Below, piece by piece: positions 28,572-37,945 of a stretch of 38,688 nucleotides of DNA. The notes below the pieces were generated by a model, which saw only the letters and a program-made list of their open reading frames with translations, had not been told where the DNA came from and made no database searches. Every line of letters starts with the position of its first letter. Position 1 is the first letter of the stretch. A program made the translations under genes and the position numbers. The DNA comes from Fimbriimonadales bacterium (GTDB taxonomy: Bacteria > Armatimonadota > Fimbriimonadia > Fimbriimonadales > JABRVX01). The stretch is taken from the NCBI GenBank assembly GCA_045862955.1, contig BTVI01000032.1:1-38688 (forward strand), read 5' to 3'.

Positions 28572-29588
28572 CTACTTCAGGCCGGCGGCGATGCGATCCA
28601 GCTCTGACTTAGGCAGGTCGCCGAGCACTAGGCTGGTCACGCCGTTCTTCGTAACGACCGCAGTGGTAGCCGACGCGCGCATCGGAGAGCCACATAGGCC
28701 GCGCCCCTTGCCCTGACCGTACCGGTGCTGTTGGCCACGGCCCTGACCAGCCCCTCCCGCCGCGGTCCGTCCACACTGCGGACACACCTCGTGGCGTGAG
28801 ATGATGGACACGGAGCCGAGCCCGTCCACATAGCGCGCAAGGCAGTAGGGAACGCCGCCCGAGCAACGAGACAGGTGGTACCCGTCGAAGACGAATCCGG
28901 GTGTCATGTAGCTCGGCACCGGCACCCGGAACCCCACCTCGCGCGATATCTCCTCTCTGGTGTAGTGCCGGGCCGCGTCCGAAGCGACTTCGCGCACCTT
29001 CCAACCCTGAGGCACGCGGAACAGGTCCGGGGCAAGCGCAGCCCGGTAGTCAACGCTGGAGTACACCGTCTGAGCCGTCAGCCGACCAGAAGCGTCGAAC
29101 GAATCGCTCCGAAGGATCAGGGAGGTCTCCCGATCCACCCACAGCCGGCGCGACGGGCTACCCGGTCGCTTGCCACGCACGTAGATCACATCGCACGCAC
29201 GCCCAGCAATCGTGGCGCTGCCAGTGATCGTCACCTCGTAGTTGGCCAGCAACGTCTCGATGCGGCTAGGCTCCTGGGTGGGCGAGGCTTTGATGGCAGT
29301 CTTCGTCGTGGCATCCAGCTCGTACAGGTTCTTGCCGTCGTCCAGCACGATCCGCTGCTTGCCACCCGGCAGCAAGTATAGGATTCGGGATAGCGGGCCC
29401 TTCTGATACACCGTCGCCTGCACGGTGCTCCTAGCGCCCTGTCCTGCGCTCGTGGTCTGCACTTTCGCACTGTACGAAAGCGTCTTCTTGGCCTTCTCAG
29501 CCTGCCGCAAGCGTTCGGCGGCGCTTTGCCCCGAAGCGACGACCACGAGCGCGAGAAGGCCAACAGTGAGGCTAAGGCGCATCGCCAT
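28572..29588 (-). CDS. MucB/RseB-like (LolA-fold) periplasmic sigma regulator
   Basis: Signal peptide; IAGRACDVI, RRLWVDRETSLILR and FRVP motifs; lies directly downstream of an anti-sigma gene. Confidence 0.8.
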   Translation of the reverse strand: MAMRLSLTVGLLALVVVASGQSAAERLRQAEKAKKTLSYSAKVQTTSAGQGARSTVQATVYQKGPLSRILYLLPGGKQRIVLDDGKNLYELDATTKTAIKASPTQEPSRIETLLANYEVTITGSATIAGRACDVIYVRGKRPGSPSRRLWVDRETSLILRSDSFDASGRLTAQTVYSSVDYRAALAPDLFRVPQGWKVREVASDAARHYTREEISREVGFRVPVPSYMTPGFVFDGYHLSRCSGGVPYCLARYVDGLGSVSIISRHEVCPQCGRTAAGGAGQGRGQQHRYGQGKGRGLCGSPMRASATTAVVTKNGVTSLVLGDLPKSELDRIAAGLK

Positions 29589-30030
29589 CGCTTGCCTCCA
29601 GCCCCACCAGGCCCAGGTGCACCCTATCGGCGAGCGGGTCGTTCCAGCCCAGCAGAGCGTGCTGCCGCTCGTAGCCGACCTCGAAGTCCTCCTGTGCCAC
29701 CTCCCGAGGGGTCAACGCGGCCCGCGGCCATGCCAACCAAAGGGCGACTGCAAGCACAGCCGCACCCACGGGGGCCCAGGCGTAACGCAGGCGATAGGCG
29801 CGCTTCGGCCGGCGGGCTTCCAGGTGCGGCTCGATGCGCGCCCAGAGGTCGGGCGGTGCCTCCTCTTGCACGCTCGCGAAGAGATGGGTGTCAACGGCAT
29901 CCAGAGCCTTCAGTTCCTGCGCGCAGGAGGCACAGGTGGCGACATGCTGCTCCACAGCACGCCGAAGCCGCCCGTGGAGCCCCCCGAGCTGGTATTCCGG
30001 AAGCAGCGATCGCATCCTGTCACACCGCAT
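29572..30030 (-). CDS. Zinc-finger (zf-HC2) anti-sigma factor
   Basis: HxxxCxxC (HVATCASC) plus one transmembrane segment; overlaps the ECF gene. Confidence 0.88.
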   Translation of the reverse strand: MRCDRMRSLLPEYQLGGLHGRLRRAVEQHVATCASCAQELKALDAVDTHLFASVQEEAPPDLWARIEPHLEARRPKRAYRLRYAWAPVGAAVLAVALWLAWPRAALTPREVAQEDFEVGYERQHALLGWNDPLADRVHLGLVGLEASDGDAP

Positions 30031-30583
30031 CGCCGGCCACCTCCGAACTGAGCTCACCCGTGCCCGCCATAGCGCGTCGCAGCGCCTCGCGTGCGCGAGC
30101 CAGGCGGGAGACCACGGTGCCTTTCGGCAGCCGCAGCACTCGCCCGATCTCCTCTACCGACATCTGCTGCCCGTAGTAGAGGCTGATCACCTGCCGATGC
30201 TCTTCGCTGAGTGCGGCAACGGCGTCGTGGAGCGCCTCGGATCGGGCGTGCTCGATCGCCTGAGACTCCGGTCCTGGCATGGGGTCCGGAAGTTGCGGTG
30301 GGATGGGTTCGCTCGGCCGCGAGGACTTGCGGAAGTCCTGCACCTGACGCACGGCTATTCGGAACAACCAGGTCTTGAACGCCTCGTTGTCCCTTAGAGC
30401 ATCCAGTCCATTCCACGCTTTGGCGAACACTTGCACCGTAAGGTCCTCTGCGTCTTCCTTCCGGGAGACCATCCTGCGAACGAATGCGAAGACCCCGGTG
30501 CCGTAGCGCCGGTACAACTGCTCGAAGGCTGACCGGTCGCCCGAGCGCGACTGCTCGACAAGCACGCTATCGGGTGTTTCCAT
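30020..30583 (-). CDS. ECF RNA polymerase sigma factor
   Basis: DAEDL, FKTWLFRIA and region 4 EIGRVLRLPKGTVVSRLARAR. Confidence 0.93.
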   Translation of the reverse strand: METPDSVLVEQSRSGDRSAFEQLYRRYGTGVFAFVRRMVSRKEDAEDLTVQVFAKAWNGLDALRDNEAFKTWLFRIAVRQVQDFRKSSRPSEPIPPQLPDPMPGPESQAIEHARSEALHDAVAALSEEHRQVISLYYGQQMSVEEIGRVLRLPKGTVVSRLARAREALRRAMAGTGELSSEVAGDAV

Positions 30584-30610
30584 TCGCTCGACATGCTGTT
30601 CCCGCATACC

Positions 30611-30640
30611 ACGGACGACGGGGACGCCCTTCCGATTCCC
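30611..30640 (-). promoter_or_regulatory. ECF-type promoter GGGAATCG...TCGTCCGT (copy 1, putative autoregulation)
   Basis: GGAATC-N16-CGTC about 30 nt upstream of the ECF start. Confidence 0.6.
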
Positions 30641-30656
30641 TTAGTTGCGGCGGAGG

Positions 30657-31982
30657 CTATGGTTTTCCCTTCAGGGGCTGGCCGCAGAAGGGGCAGTATC
30701 GCCACAGAGGGCCGAGGTGGGGGCGACCGCACCAAGGGCATTCGGTGTCCGTGGAGCGGGTCTGCTGCATCATCAGGTTCCCTTCGCGCAACTGCTGGGT
30801 GAGCAACCTGGTTCGCTGAGTGGTGGCTTGCTCCTGTGTACCCCTGCCCGCTTTGGCCATGGCGACGTCGTCGGCCCATAGCGGCGAGATGACCACGCGG
30901 TCCTTCTCCGCCTTCCACTCCGTCTCGCAGGCCAGGGCGATGTTCGCGAGGGCGAGACCCAGCTGGACCTCGGACAGCTGCACGGTGAGCACTTGGCTCT
31001 GAGCGGCGTCCTTCACCTCGAGCGGCACCGAAGCCTGGTGCGAGATTGCGTTGGCGAGGACTCCCAAGGAACCCGTCTCGCTCAGGGTAATCAGACGGTC
31101 CAGGTACTCGGGCCTCCCCGGCCACTTGCGTTCGTTACCCAGGTCGAAGGACAGCTTCGTGCCGTCCTGCTCGCGGATGGAGACATGGTTAGCGGCGTCC
31201 ATCTCCGCGACGGCAACTACCTTGCCGTCGTCGGTCAGCGCGGCGACTACAGCCTGAAACTGGGCTTTGTCGGCTGAGGCGCGGAAGCCACCTCCGGCAC
31301 CACCCCTAGGCCCCCCGAGGCTCGCGCCGCCGTACACCTCTTTGGGCGGCGAGCCTGCAGTGCCTGGAGGAGAAGTCCTGGTCTCCGTGCCTTCGCCGGC
31401 CTGTACCCGCAGGGAGGACTTCGGCTGGGGAAGCTCATCATCGCGTCCCAGGCTCACCCTCGGCTCCGGGCTGGGCTGTGCCTTTTGTCGCCCCCGTTCC
31501 AGCTCGGGCGGAGGAACCGCACCCGGCACCGGGGCTCTGGTGTCGGCAGCGCGTTTCTCGGCGATGCCACTTTGGTATGCAGGCGCGGGTGCGGTCTCCG
31601 TCGTACCCGGAGGCTCGATGGCGGCATCTTGTTGCAGTGCGGTGCCTGGCGGGGCCGGGCCGTGCTCTCCAGCAATCCAAAACACGCCAAAGGCGACAAA
31701 GGCCAACACCGCGAGCCCCGCAACAGTCACTGCCCAGCGCCAGCGCGGCATTGGCGTAGGCGATGGCTTGGCCTCCCACTTCGGCAGGCGGGCGGTCTCC
31801 GGGGCAGCAAGGGGACGCTGGTTTCGTACCTTGGCGAACAGCTCGCGGTCGCTCGCTGCGCGTGTGCGGCACGCCTCGCACTCCGACAGGTGACGCTCCA
31901 CTTCGGCACGACGGCGCTCGTCCAGCAGACCTTCCTCATATTCCCACAGCAAGCGGGGGCTGAAGCGGCAGTCCGTCTTCAT
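30657..31982 (-). CDS. zf-HC2 anti-sigma factor with Pro-rich linker, STN-like domain and C-terminal zinc ribbon
   Basis: HLSECEAC, transmembrane segment, CPWCG...CPFCG; ATGA overlap with ECF gene. Confidence 0.8.
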   Translation of the reverse strand: MKTDCRFSPRLLWEYEEGLLDERRRAEVERHLSECEACRTRAASDRELFAKVRNQRPLAAPETARLPKWEAKPSPTPMPRWRWAVTVAGLAVLAFVAFGVFWIAGEHGPAPPGTALQQDAAIEPPGTTETAPAPAYQSGIAEKRAADTRAPVPGAVPPPELERGRQKAQPSPEPRVSLGRDDELPQPKSSLRVQAGEGTETRTSPPGTAGSPPKEVYGGASLGGPRGGAGGGFRASADKAQFQAVVAALTDDGKVVAVAEMDAANHVSIREQDGTKLSFDLGNERKWPGRPEYLDRLITLSETGSLGVLANAISHQASVPLEVKDAAQSQVLTVQLSEVQLGLALANIALACETEWKAEKDRVVISPLWADDVAMAKAGRGTQEQATTQRTRLLTQQLREGNLMMQQTRSTDTECPWCGRPHLGPLWRYCPFCGQPLKGKP

Positions 31983-32542
31983 CGTCCCGCCTCCGGGTTG
32001 AGTGCGCAGTACAGCTCCTTGAACCTCTCGCGAGCACGGTACAGCCTCGTCTTGGCTGCAGCATGCGAGCAGCCCACGATCTCGGCGATCTCCGGCAGCG
32101 CCAGGTCCTGCCAGTAGTAAAGCGTAACGAGCGCCCTGTCTCGAGGGGCCAAAGCCGCCAGCGCCTTCATGATTGCAGGGTCGTAGTTCTCCGAGCGGCT
32201 GGTCTGCGGTTCGACCGCCATGCTGTCTCCTAGAGGCACCGTCTTCGGCCGCGCCTTCGCCCTGCGAAGCAACTGGATCGAAGCGTTCACCGCAATCCGA
32301 TAGAGCCACGTGGCGAACTGCGAACGCCCGTCGAAGCGGTGGAGGTTCTGGTACACCAGCGAGAAGCAATCTTGCAGCGCGTCGAGGGCGTCGTCCGGAT
32401 TGCCCATTACGCCGAGACAGACCGAGTAGACCTTGTCCTTGTGCGTGCGGAACAGCTCATCGAAGGCCGTGGTGTCGCCGGAGCGGCACCGTTCGATGAG
32501 GCTATGATCCCGGTCTACGGTGACCTGCCCAGTAATGGCCAT
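31979..32542 (-). CDS. ECF RNA polymerase sigma factor
   Basis: [19 protein letters not shown] and [21 protein letters not shown] motifs. Confidence 0.93.
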   Translation of the reverse strand: MAITGQVTVDRDHSLIERCRSGDTTAFDELFRTHKDKVYSVCLGVMGNPDDALDALQDCFSLVYQNLHRFDGRSQFATWLYRIAVNASIQLLRRAKARPKTVPLGDSMAVEPQTSRSENYDPAIMKALAALAPRDRALVTLYYWQDLALPEIAEIVGCSHAAAKTRLYRARERFKELYCALNPEAGR

Positions 32543-32573
32543 GGCGATCGAACTGCATTCTGGCACATACCCT

Positions 32574-32603
32574 TAGATGTCGGTGCGTGCCCCAATGGTT
32601 ACA
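32574..32603 (-). promoter_or_regulatory. Putative ECF promoter TGTAACC-N17-CATCTA
   Basis: AAC-type -35 and CRTC-type -10 directly upstream of the ECF gene. Confidence 0.45.
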
Positions 32604-32658
32604 CGGACATGGGGCCTTCCGGTTCCGCCGGGTTGCCGGCGAGTACAATCGTTTCACT

Positions 32659-33840
32659 TTGGCGAATACCCATCTTCCCGACGAACGCGGGCGATTCGGC
32701 GCATACGGTGGCCGATTCGTGCCGGAGACGCTCGTCCCGGCGCTGGACGAGCTGGCGGAAGCATTCGACTCGCTCTGGCCCACCGAGGAGTTTCAGCGAG
32801 AACTGCGCAGCTACTTGACCGAGTATGCGGGTCGCCCGACGCCGCTGACGCACCTGAAGCGCGCATCAGAGGACCTGGGCTACGACCTGTATGCCAAGCG
32901 GGAGGACCTCTGCCACACCGGTGCCCACAAGATCAATAACGCACTCGCTCAGGCCATCTTGGCCCGCCGGATGGGCAAGCGAAGGATCATCGCGGAGACG
33001 GGGGCTGGGCAGCACGGCGTCGCCACAGCCACCGCGTGCGCCCTCTTCGGCTTGCAGTGCGTGGTGTACATGGGTGAGGAAGACGTGCGTCGGCAGGCTC
33101 TCAACGTGTTTCGCATGAGGCTGATGGGAGCGGAGGTCGTGCCGGTGACGAGCGGCACCCGCACGCTGAAGGACGCCACCAACGAGGCCATGCGTGACTG
33201 GGTGACCAACGTGCGAACGACGCACTACATTATCGGCTCTTGCGTGGGGCCCCACCCCTACCCCGAGATCGTGCGAGAGAGCCAGCGCGTAATCGGAGAG
33301 GAAGCGCGTGCTCAGATGCTGGAGAAGACTGGGCGGCTGCCGTCGGTGGCTGTCGCATGCGTGGGCGGAGGGAGCAATGCCATCGGTCTGTTCGCAGCCT
33401 TCCTGGATGATCCGGTCCGCCTAGTCGGAGTGGAAGCTGCAGGAGACGGGATCGAAAAGGGAAGACACGCCGCTACGTTGGTCGCGGGCTCGCCCGGCGT
33501 GCTGCACGGCTCGGCGAGTTACTTGCTTCAAGACGCGGACGGGCAGGTGGTGCCCACGCACTCCGTCTCCGCCGGGTTGGATTACCCCGGTGTCGGGCCG
33601 GAGCACGCCTACCTGAAAGACACGGCACGAGCCCAGTACGTCAGCGCCACCGACCAAGAAGCGCTAGATGCTTTCCGGTGGTTGGGGCAGCGAGAAGGCA
33701 TCGTGCCCGCTCTAGAGACTGCCCACGCATTTGCCTATTGTCGTTCCCGGGCCGGCCAACTCGATGGCCCCGTTTTGGTCAACCTCTCGGGTAGGGGAGA
33801 TAAGGACATGGAAACCGCCTCGCGGCTACTCGCCCTCTAG
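32659..33840 (+). CDS. trpB: Tryptophan synthase beta chain
   Basis: [38 protein letters not shown] and NLSGRGDKD motifs; likely TTG start. Confidence 0.97.
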   Translation: MANTHLPDERGRFGAYGGRFVPETLVPALDELAEAFDSLWPTEEFQRELRSYLTEYAGRPTPLTHLKRASEDLGYDLYAKREDLCHTGAHKINNALAQAILARRMGKRRIIAETGAGQHGVATATACALFGLQCVVYMGEEDVRRQALNVFRMRLMGAEVVPVTSGTRTLKDATNEAMRDWVTNVRTTHYIIGSCVGPHPYPEIVRESQRVIGEEARAQMLEKTGRLPSVAVACVGGGSNAIGLFAAFLDDPVRLVGVEAAGDGIEKGRHAATLVAGSPGVLHGSASYLLQDADGQVVPTHSVSAGLDYPGVGPEHAYLKDTARAQYVSATDQEALDAFRWLGQREGIVPALETAHAFAYCRSRAGQLDGPVLVNLSGRGDKDMETASRLLAL

Positions 33841-33851
33841 TGGAGGTTCGG

Positions 33852-36188
33852 ATGGAAGAACTCCTGGAGCGATTCCGCCAACTTGCGGACTCGCTTCCCG
33901 TTCTGGTAGACGGGTTCACCGAGGATCTCACCTTCGTTATTTGGAACAAGGAGTGCGAGCGCGTCACCGGCTACTCTCGCGAGGAGATCCTCGGACGTAG
34001 GGACTGCTTCGACCGCCTCTATCCCGACCCGAAGGAGCGCGCTTACGTGCTCTCCGAGTGGGAGCGTTCCAAGAGAGATGTTCGAGACTTCCGGGTGGCT
34101 CTGGTAGCCAAGTCCGGCGAGCGAAAGCATATCTCCTGGTCCTCGGTAACGATGCCCGACCTAGCGCAAGGCGAGGCGTATGTTTTCGTCGGGGTGGACC
34201 AGACCGACCGTGTGGTGGCCGAGGAAGCTTTGAGGCGCGCCCAAGAGATGGCGAGGACCCTGTGGGAGCAGGTCTCGGATGCGATCATCCTGCTAGACGA
34301 CCAGCTGAGAGTAGCTCTAGCCAACTCCGCTGCAGAGGCACTGCTCGGCTGCACTTCCTCCGAGATGCTAGGAAGGCACTTCCTCGATCTCTCACCGGAC
34401 GATGAGGGGTCGGCCCTGGAGCATGCGATCCGCAGTGCACACGAGGACGGTGTCTCGAGTAGCCTTCTGATTGAGAGACATGTGGGTGACCGCCTGTCGT
34501 GGTATAGCGTGCGGGTCTCGCCAATGCCGGAGCGAAGTGTTGCCCTGCTGTTCACCAACGTGGATGCGGTGCGGCGTGCGGAAGAGGAGCGGCTCCGGCA
34601 CGAAGAACACTACCGCAACCTCGTTCAGCAACAAGGAACGGCTTTCGTGCGGATTTCGCCCGATGAGCGGTTCCTATACCTCAGTCCGCAGTGCGAGGCT
34701 CTGACCGAATACAGCCTGGAAGAGCTCCGTGCCATGGGCCCGACGAAGGCATGCGAGCTCATATTCCATACATCGGACACGGGCGCACAGCATGCGTTGC
34801 AGCGCGCACGCGAAGAGGGTTCGGGTCGGACCGTGGAAGCGGAGGTGCGGGTCCTCTCGAAGTCCGGCAAGCTGAAGTGGGCGCTCGTGCGTCAGGTGCC
34901 CGTGCTGGACGCGCAGGGCCAGATTTTGTACTACGACCTGATGCTGCTGGACCAGACAGAGCGAAAGCTTCTCGAGGAGCAGCTTCATCAGGCCCAGAAG
35001 ATGGAAGCCGTCGGCACGCTCGCCGGGGGACTGGCCCACGACTTCAACAACCTGCTGACCGCGGTAATGGGCAACGTGGAGTTGACCCTAGCCGAACTGG
35101 GGCCCGAGCATCCATGCCGCAGGCGGTTGATCGCGGTTCAGAACGCCGCCGAGCGTGCCGCCGCCATCACGCGCCAACTCCTCGCGTTCACGCGCCGCGA
35201 CTCGCCGAGGCCCGAAGTGCTGGACGTGTGCCAGGTGGTAGGCGAAACGCTCGACATCCTGCGGCAGTCCTTGCCCCCGAATATCCGAATCGAACAGAGG
35301 AGGCCGGAGGGCCGGCTCTTCGTGACTGCCGATCCTGTGCAGCTCGGACAGGTTCTGCTCAACCTATGCGTTAATGCCAGAGATGCCATGCCGGATGGGG
35401 GCCTGCTGACCATCGAGTGTGACGAGACGGTGATTGACGAGGCGTCGCTGCCGAGCGGCCGCGAGGTCGAACCGGGGACATACGTGAGGATCACGGTCGC
35501 CGACACCGGCATCGGTATGACGCCGGAGGTGCTGGAACGCGCCTTCGAGCCCTTCTTCACGACGAAGGAGGTGGGGCAGGGCACGGGACTCGGACTGTCC
35601 GTTGCGTACGGCATCCTGCGCAATCACGGGGGCTGGATCACTGCGGAAAGCACGCCGGATGTGGGAACGACTTTCTTCGTCTACCTGCCTCGCACGCCCG
35701 AGCAGGCCGCAGCGACCACGGGGGCTGCGCCGAGAGAGTGCATTCCCGGCAACGAGGGCATCCTCGTGGTAGACGACGAACAGGCTCTGCGCGACCTGAC
35801 GCGGGACCTCTTGGAGAACTGCGGCTACACGGTGTACGAGGCAACAGAGGGGGCCGAAGCGTTTTCGGTGCTGGGCCGTGCGGAGGGAAAGATCCATCTG
35901 GTGCTGCTGGACCTGGTGATGCCCGGAATGCCAGGAGACGAGGTGCTGATGCGCCTACGCGAACTCTATCCGGAAATCCCCGTGGTGGTAGCCAGCGGTT
36001 ACCATGTCGAAGCCAAGGAAGAGCTAATGGCGGGCGGGGCGGTGGCGTTCGTGGAGAAACCCTTCTCCCGCGCCTCGCTCACCCAAGCCATCCGAGCGGT
36101 GTTGGACGGCACTAGCACACCGTTCCCTAGCGGTTCCGACGGGGAATCGCTGGACGGGCCTGACGAATCGCCTTGCCGACCCGTCTAA
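33852..36188 (+). CDS. Multi-PAS hybrid sensor histidine kinase / response regulator
   Basis: Three PAS-like domains, AHDFNNLL, NARDAM, FEPFFTTK, GTGLGL and a receiver domain (VVDDE, DLVMP); GGAGG RBS. Confidence 0.93.
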   Translation: MEELLERFRQLADSLPVLVDGFTEDLTFVIWNKECERVTGYSREEILGRRDCFDRLYPDPKERAYVLSEWERSKRDVRDFRVALVAKSGERKHISWSSVTMPDLAQGEAYVFVGVDQTDRVVAEEALRRAQEMARTLWEQVSDAIILLDDQLRVALANSAAEALLGCTSSEMLGRHFLDLSPDDEGSALEHAIRSAHEDGVSSSLLIERHVGDRLSWYSVRVSPMPERSVALLFTNVDAVRRAEEERLRHEEHYRNLVQQQGTAFVRISPDERFLYLSPQCEALTEYSLEELRAMGPTKACELIFHTSDTGAQHALQRAREEGSGRTVEAEVRVLSKSGKLKWALVRQVPVLDAQGQILYYDLMLLDQTERKLLEEQLHQAQKMEAVGTLAGGLAHDFNNLLTAVMGNVELTLAELGPEHPCRRRLIAVQNAAERAAAITRQLLAFTRRDSPRPEVLDVCQVVGETLDILRQSLPPNIRIEQRRPEGRLFVTADPVQLGQVLLNLCVNARDAMPDGGLLTIECDETVIDEASLPSGREVEPGTYVRITVADTGIGMTPEVLERAFEPFFTTKEVGQGTGLGLSVAYGILRNHGGWITAESTPDVGTTFFVYLPRTPEQAAATTGAAPRECIPGNEGILVVDDEQALRDLTRDLLENCGYTVYEATEGAEAFSVLGRAEGKIHLVLLDLVMPGMPGDEVLMRLRELYPEIPVVVASGYHVEAKEELMAGGAVAFVEKPFSRASLTQAIRAVLDGTSTPFPSGSDGESLDGPDESPCRPV

Positions 36189-36203
36189 AGGAGTGAAGCA
36201 CGA

Positions 36204-36953
36204 ATGTGCGAGCAGGATGAACCCAAGGTGGCGAGCGCAGAGAAGCAGCGAGACAGCTATACGGCTCAGTTCGCGGTTCGAGAAGGCCGACCTGTGGAAG
36301 AGCAGCCGCTGCCTGCCGAGTTCCAGAGCCGCTTCGAGACGCAGACCGATTACGAGTGGAAGCGCGTCTACCCGGCCCCGAAAAGCGAGCAGGCCCTGCG
36401 CGAATACCGGGAGGGGAATCGTGCCTTTCGGGAGGACCGTGTGCTGGACGCAATAGACGCCTACCGACGCTGCCTCGACATTGAGGACTACGCACCGGCG
36501 CAGCAGAACCTCGCCGTCGCCTACCTTCACGAGGCGTCTGCCGAGGCTTGGCGCGAATGCGAGTGCATTCTGAAGGACCTGATCGCTCGATTCGAACCGC
36601 TCATTGCCGATGAGCAAGCCCGCACAAAAGCCGGGTTGACGCTCGACCAGGCGGCTTCGGTGCTCGCTCCGGCGTATAGGAATTTGGCAGAGCTGTATGC
36701 TCAGCAGGGAGTCGGCGAGCGATCTCCAAAGAAGCTCTCGGAGGCAGCGGGTCTTACGCGTCGAGCGCTGGCCCTGATGCCGCAGAATCTGCCGTGGTTG
36801 CTCGAACTTTGGGGCATCCAGCACGTGCTCGGCAATGCCGACGAAGCGGCCGCCGCACTGAAGCAGGCGGCAGAACTGGAAGGCTTCGACACGTTGGTCG
36901 CTCATGCGCGAGAAAAGTACATCGCGCTACAGGTGAAGTATCATGCAGGCTAA
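36204..36953 (+). CDS. Tetratricopeptide-repeat protein
   Basis: TPR-like helices (AIDAYRRCL, AQQNLAVAY, AYRNLAELY); AAGGAG RBS. Confidence 0.75.
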   Translation: MCEQDEPKVASAEKQRDSYTAQFAVREGRPVEEQPLPAEFQSRFETQTDYEWKRVYPAPKSEQALREYREGNRAFREDRVLDAIDAYRRCLDIEDYAPAQQNLAVAYLHEASAEAWRECECILKDLIARFEPLIADEQARTKAGLTLDQAASVLAPAYRNLAELYAQQGVGERSPKKLSEAAGLTRRALALMPQNLPWLLELWGIQHVLGNADEAAAALKQAAELEGFDTLVAHAREKYIALQVKYHAG

Positions 36954-36975
36954 GGAGCTTGCTGACAAAGTCTTT

Positions 36976-37046
36976 ATGCCCCGGCCCGCGTCCGCCGGTT
37001 GGCAGCACTGCGGTGACGAAGCGAAGCCGAGGACCGCGCCGGGGCA
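36976..37046. repeat. Solitary MITE-like module B
   Basis: ATGCCCCGGCCCGCGTCC...GGACCGCGCCGGGGCA, near-identical to 38057-38126. Confidence 0.8.
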
Positions 37047-37110
37047 CGGGTCGGAGCATCCCGCGTCGCTGCAGATGTGGACTTTTTCAACAGGTCCTAA
37101 GGAGGCCACC

Positions 37111-37251
37111 ATGAAAGCCTTGCGTCTCATTCTTGCCACGGTTGTCCTCTGGGCGGGCGTCTGCTTGGCATTCGCTCAGCCCGACACGGACTACTCCTCT
37201 TGGCAACAGGTCGAGATCTCCAAGAAGGACGGAGACATCATCGGCGACTAG
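37111..37251 (+). CDS. Small secreted peptide or truncated gene (46 aa)
   Basis: TAAGGAGG RBS; classic signal peptide MKALRLIL...AFA. Confidence 0.55.
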   Translation: MKALRLILATVVLWAGVCLAFAQPDTDYSSWQQVEISKKDGDIIGD

Positions 37252-37299
37252 CCCGATAGGGGCGTGCGCCGTTGCACCGGAGGAAGACCGGAGGAGTAG

Positions 37300-37926
37300 G
37301 TGATGGGCGAGATAGGCGAGTCGAGATATGCGTCTTTAGCCGCCGCAATCCGTGCGGGCGGTGAGGACGCGCGCCGCGCCATGGACGAGCTGGTGCGCGC
37401 CGAGCGCGCTCACCTGGCACGCACGCTTTGGCGCGAGTTCCCCAAGCTTCGGGACGAGATCGAGGATGTCGTGGCCGAAGCCTTCGAACGTGTATGGCGT
37501 GGGGCGCAGAAGTGCGACTGCTTCTCGCCGGAAGGCACCTACGCCAGTTTTCGCGCACTGGTGACCAAGCAAGCCTCCTACTTGGCACTGAGCGCGACTC
37601 GCAAGGCTGCGGTGCGAGACGCCCGAGCCGAGGTGACGAGCCTGGACGATCCTTCGTGGGACGGACGAGTCCGCGAACCAGCTGCCGACCAGGATTGGGA
37701 ACGAGCGGTTATCGGGGAGATCGAGGCGGAAGCGGTGAAGACACGGCTGGCGACCCTAATAGGTACGTTGACGGAACGGCAGCGCGTCATCGCGGAGATA
37801 CTGCTTCGAGAAGACGGAACGGACGCGAACGCGGCGATCGTGGGGGCTCTCGGATGTTCCGACGGCGCCGCGCGCGAGGCGAAACGTGCCGTCCGCGAAC
37901 GCCTTCGCCAGCTTCTGCGGTCCTGA
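37300..37926 (+). CDS. Divergent ECF-type sigma-70 factor
   Basis: EIEDVVAEAF region 2 motif, SLDD linker, LTERQR and C-terminal HTH; start GTG 37300 or ATG 37303. Confidence 0.7.
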   Translation: MMGEIGESRYASLAAAIRAGGEDARRAMDELVRAERAHLARTLWREFPKLRDEIEDVVAEAFERVWRGAQKCDCFSPEGTYASFRALVTKQASYLALSATRKAAVRDARAEVTSLDDPSWDGRVREPAADQDWERAVIGEIEAEAVKTRLATLIGTLTERQRVIAEILLREDGTDANAAIVGALGCSDGAAREAKRAVRERLRQLLRS

Positions 37927-37945
37927 TCACTCGCTCGCAACCATT

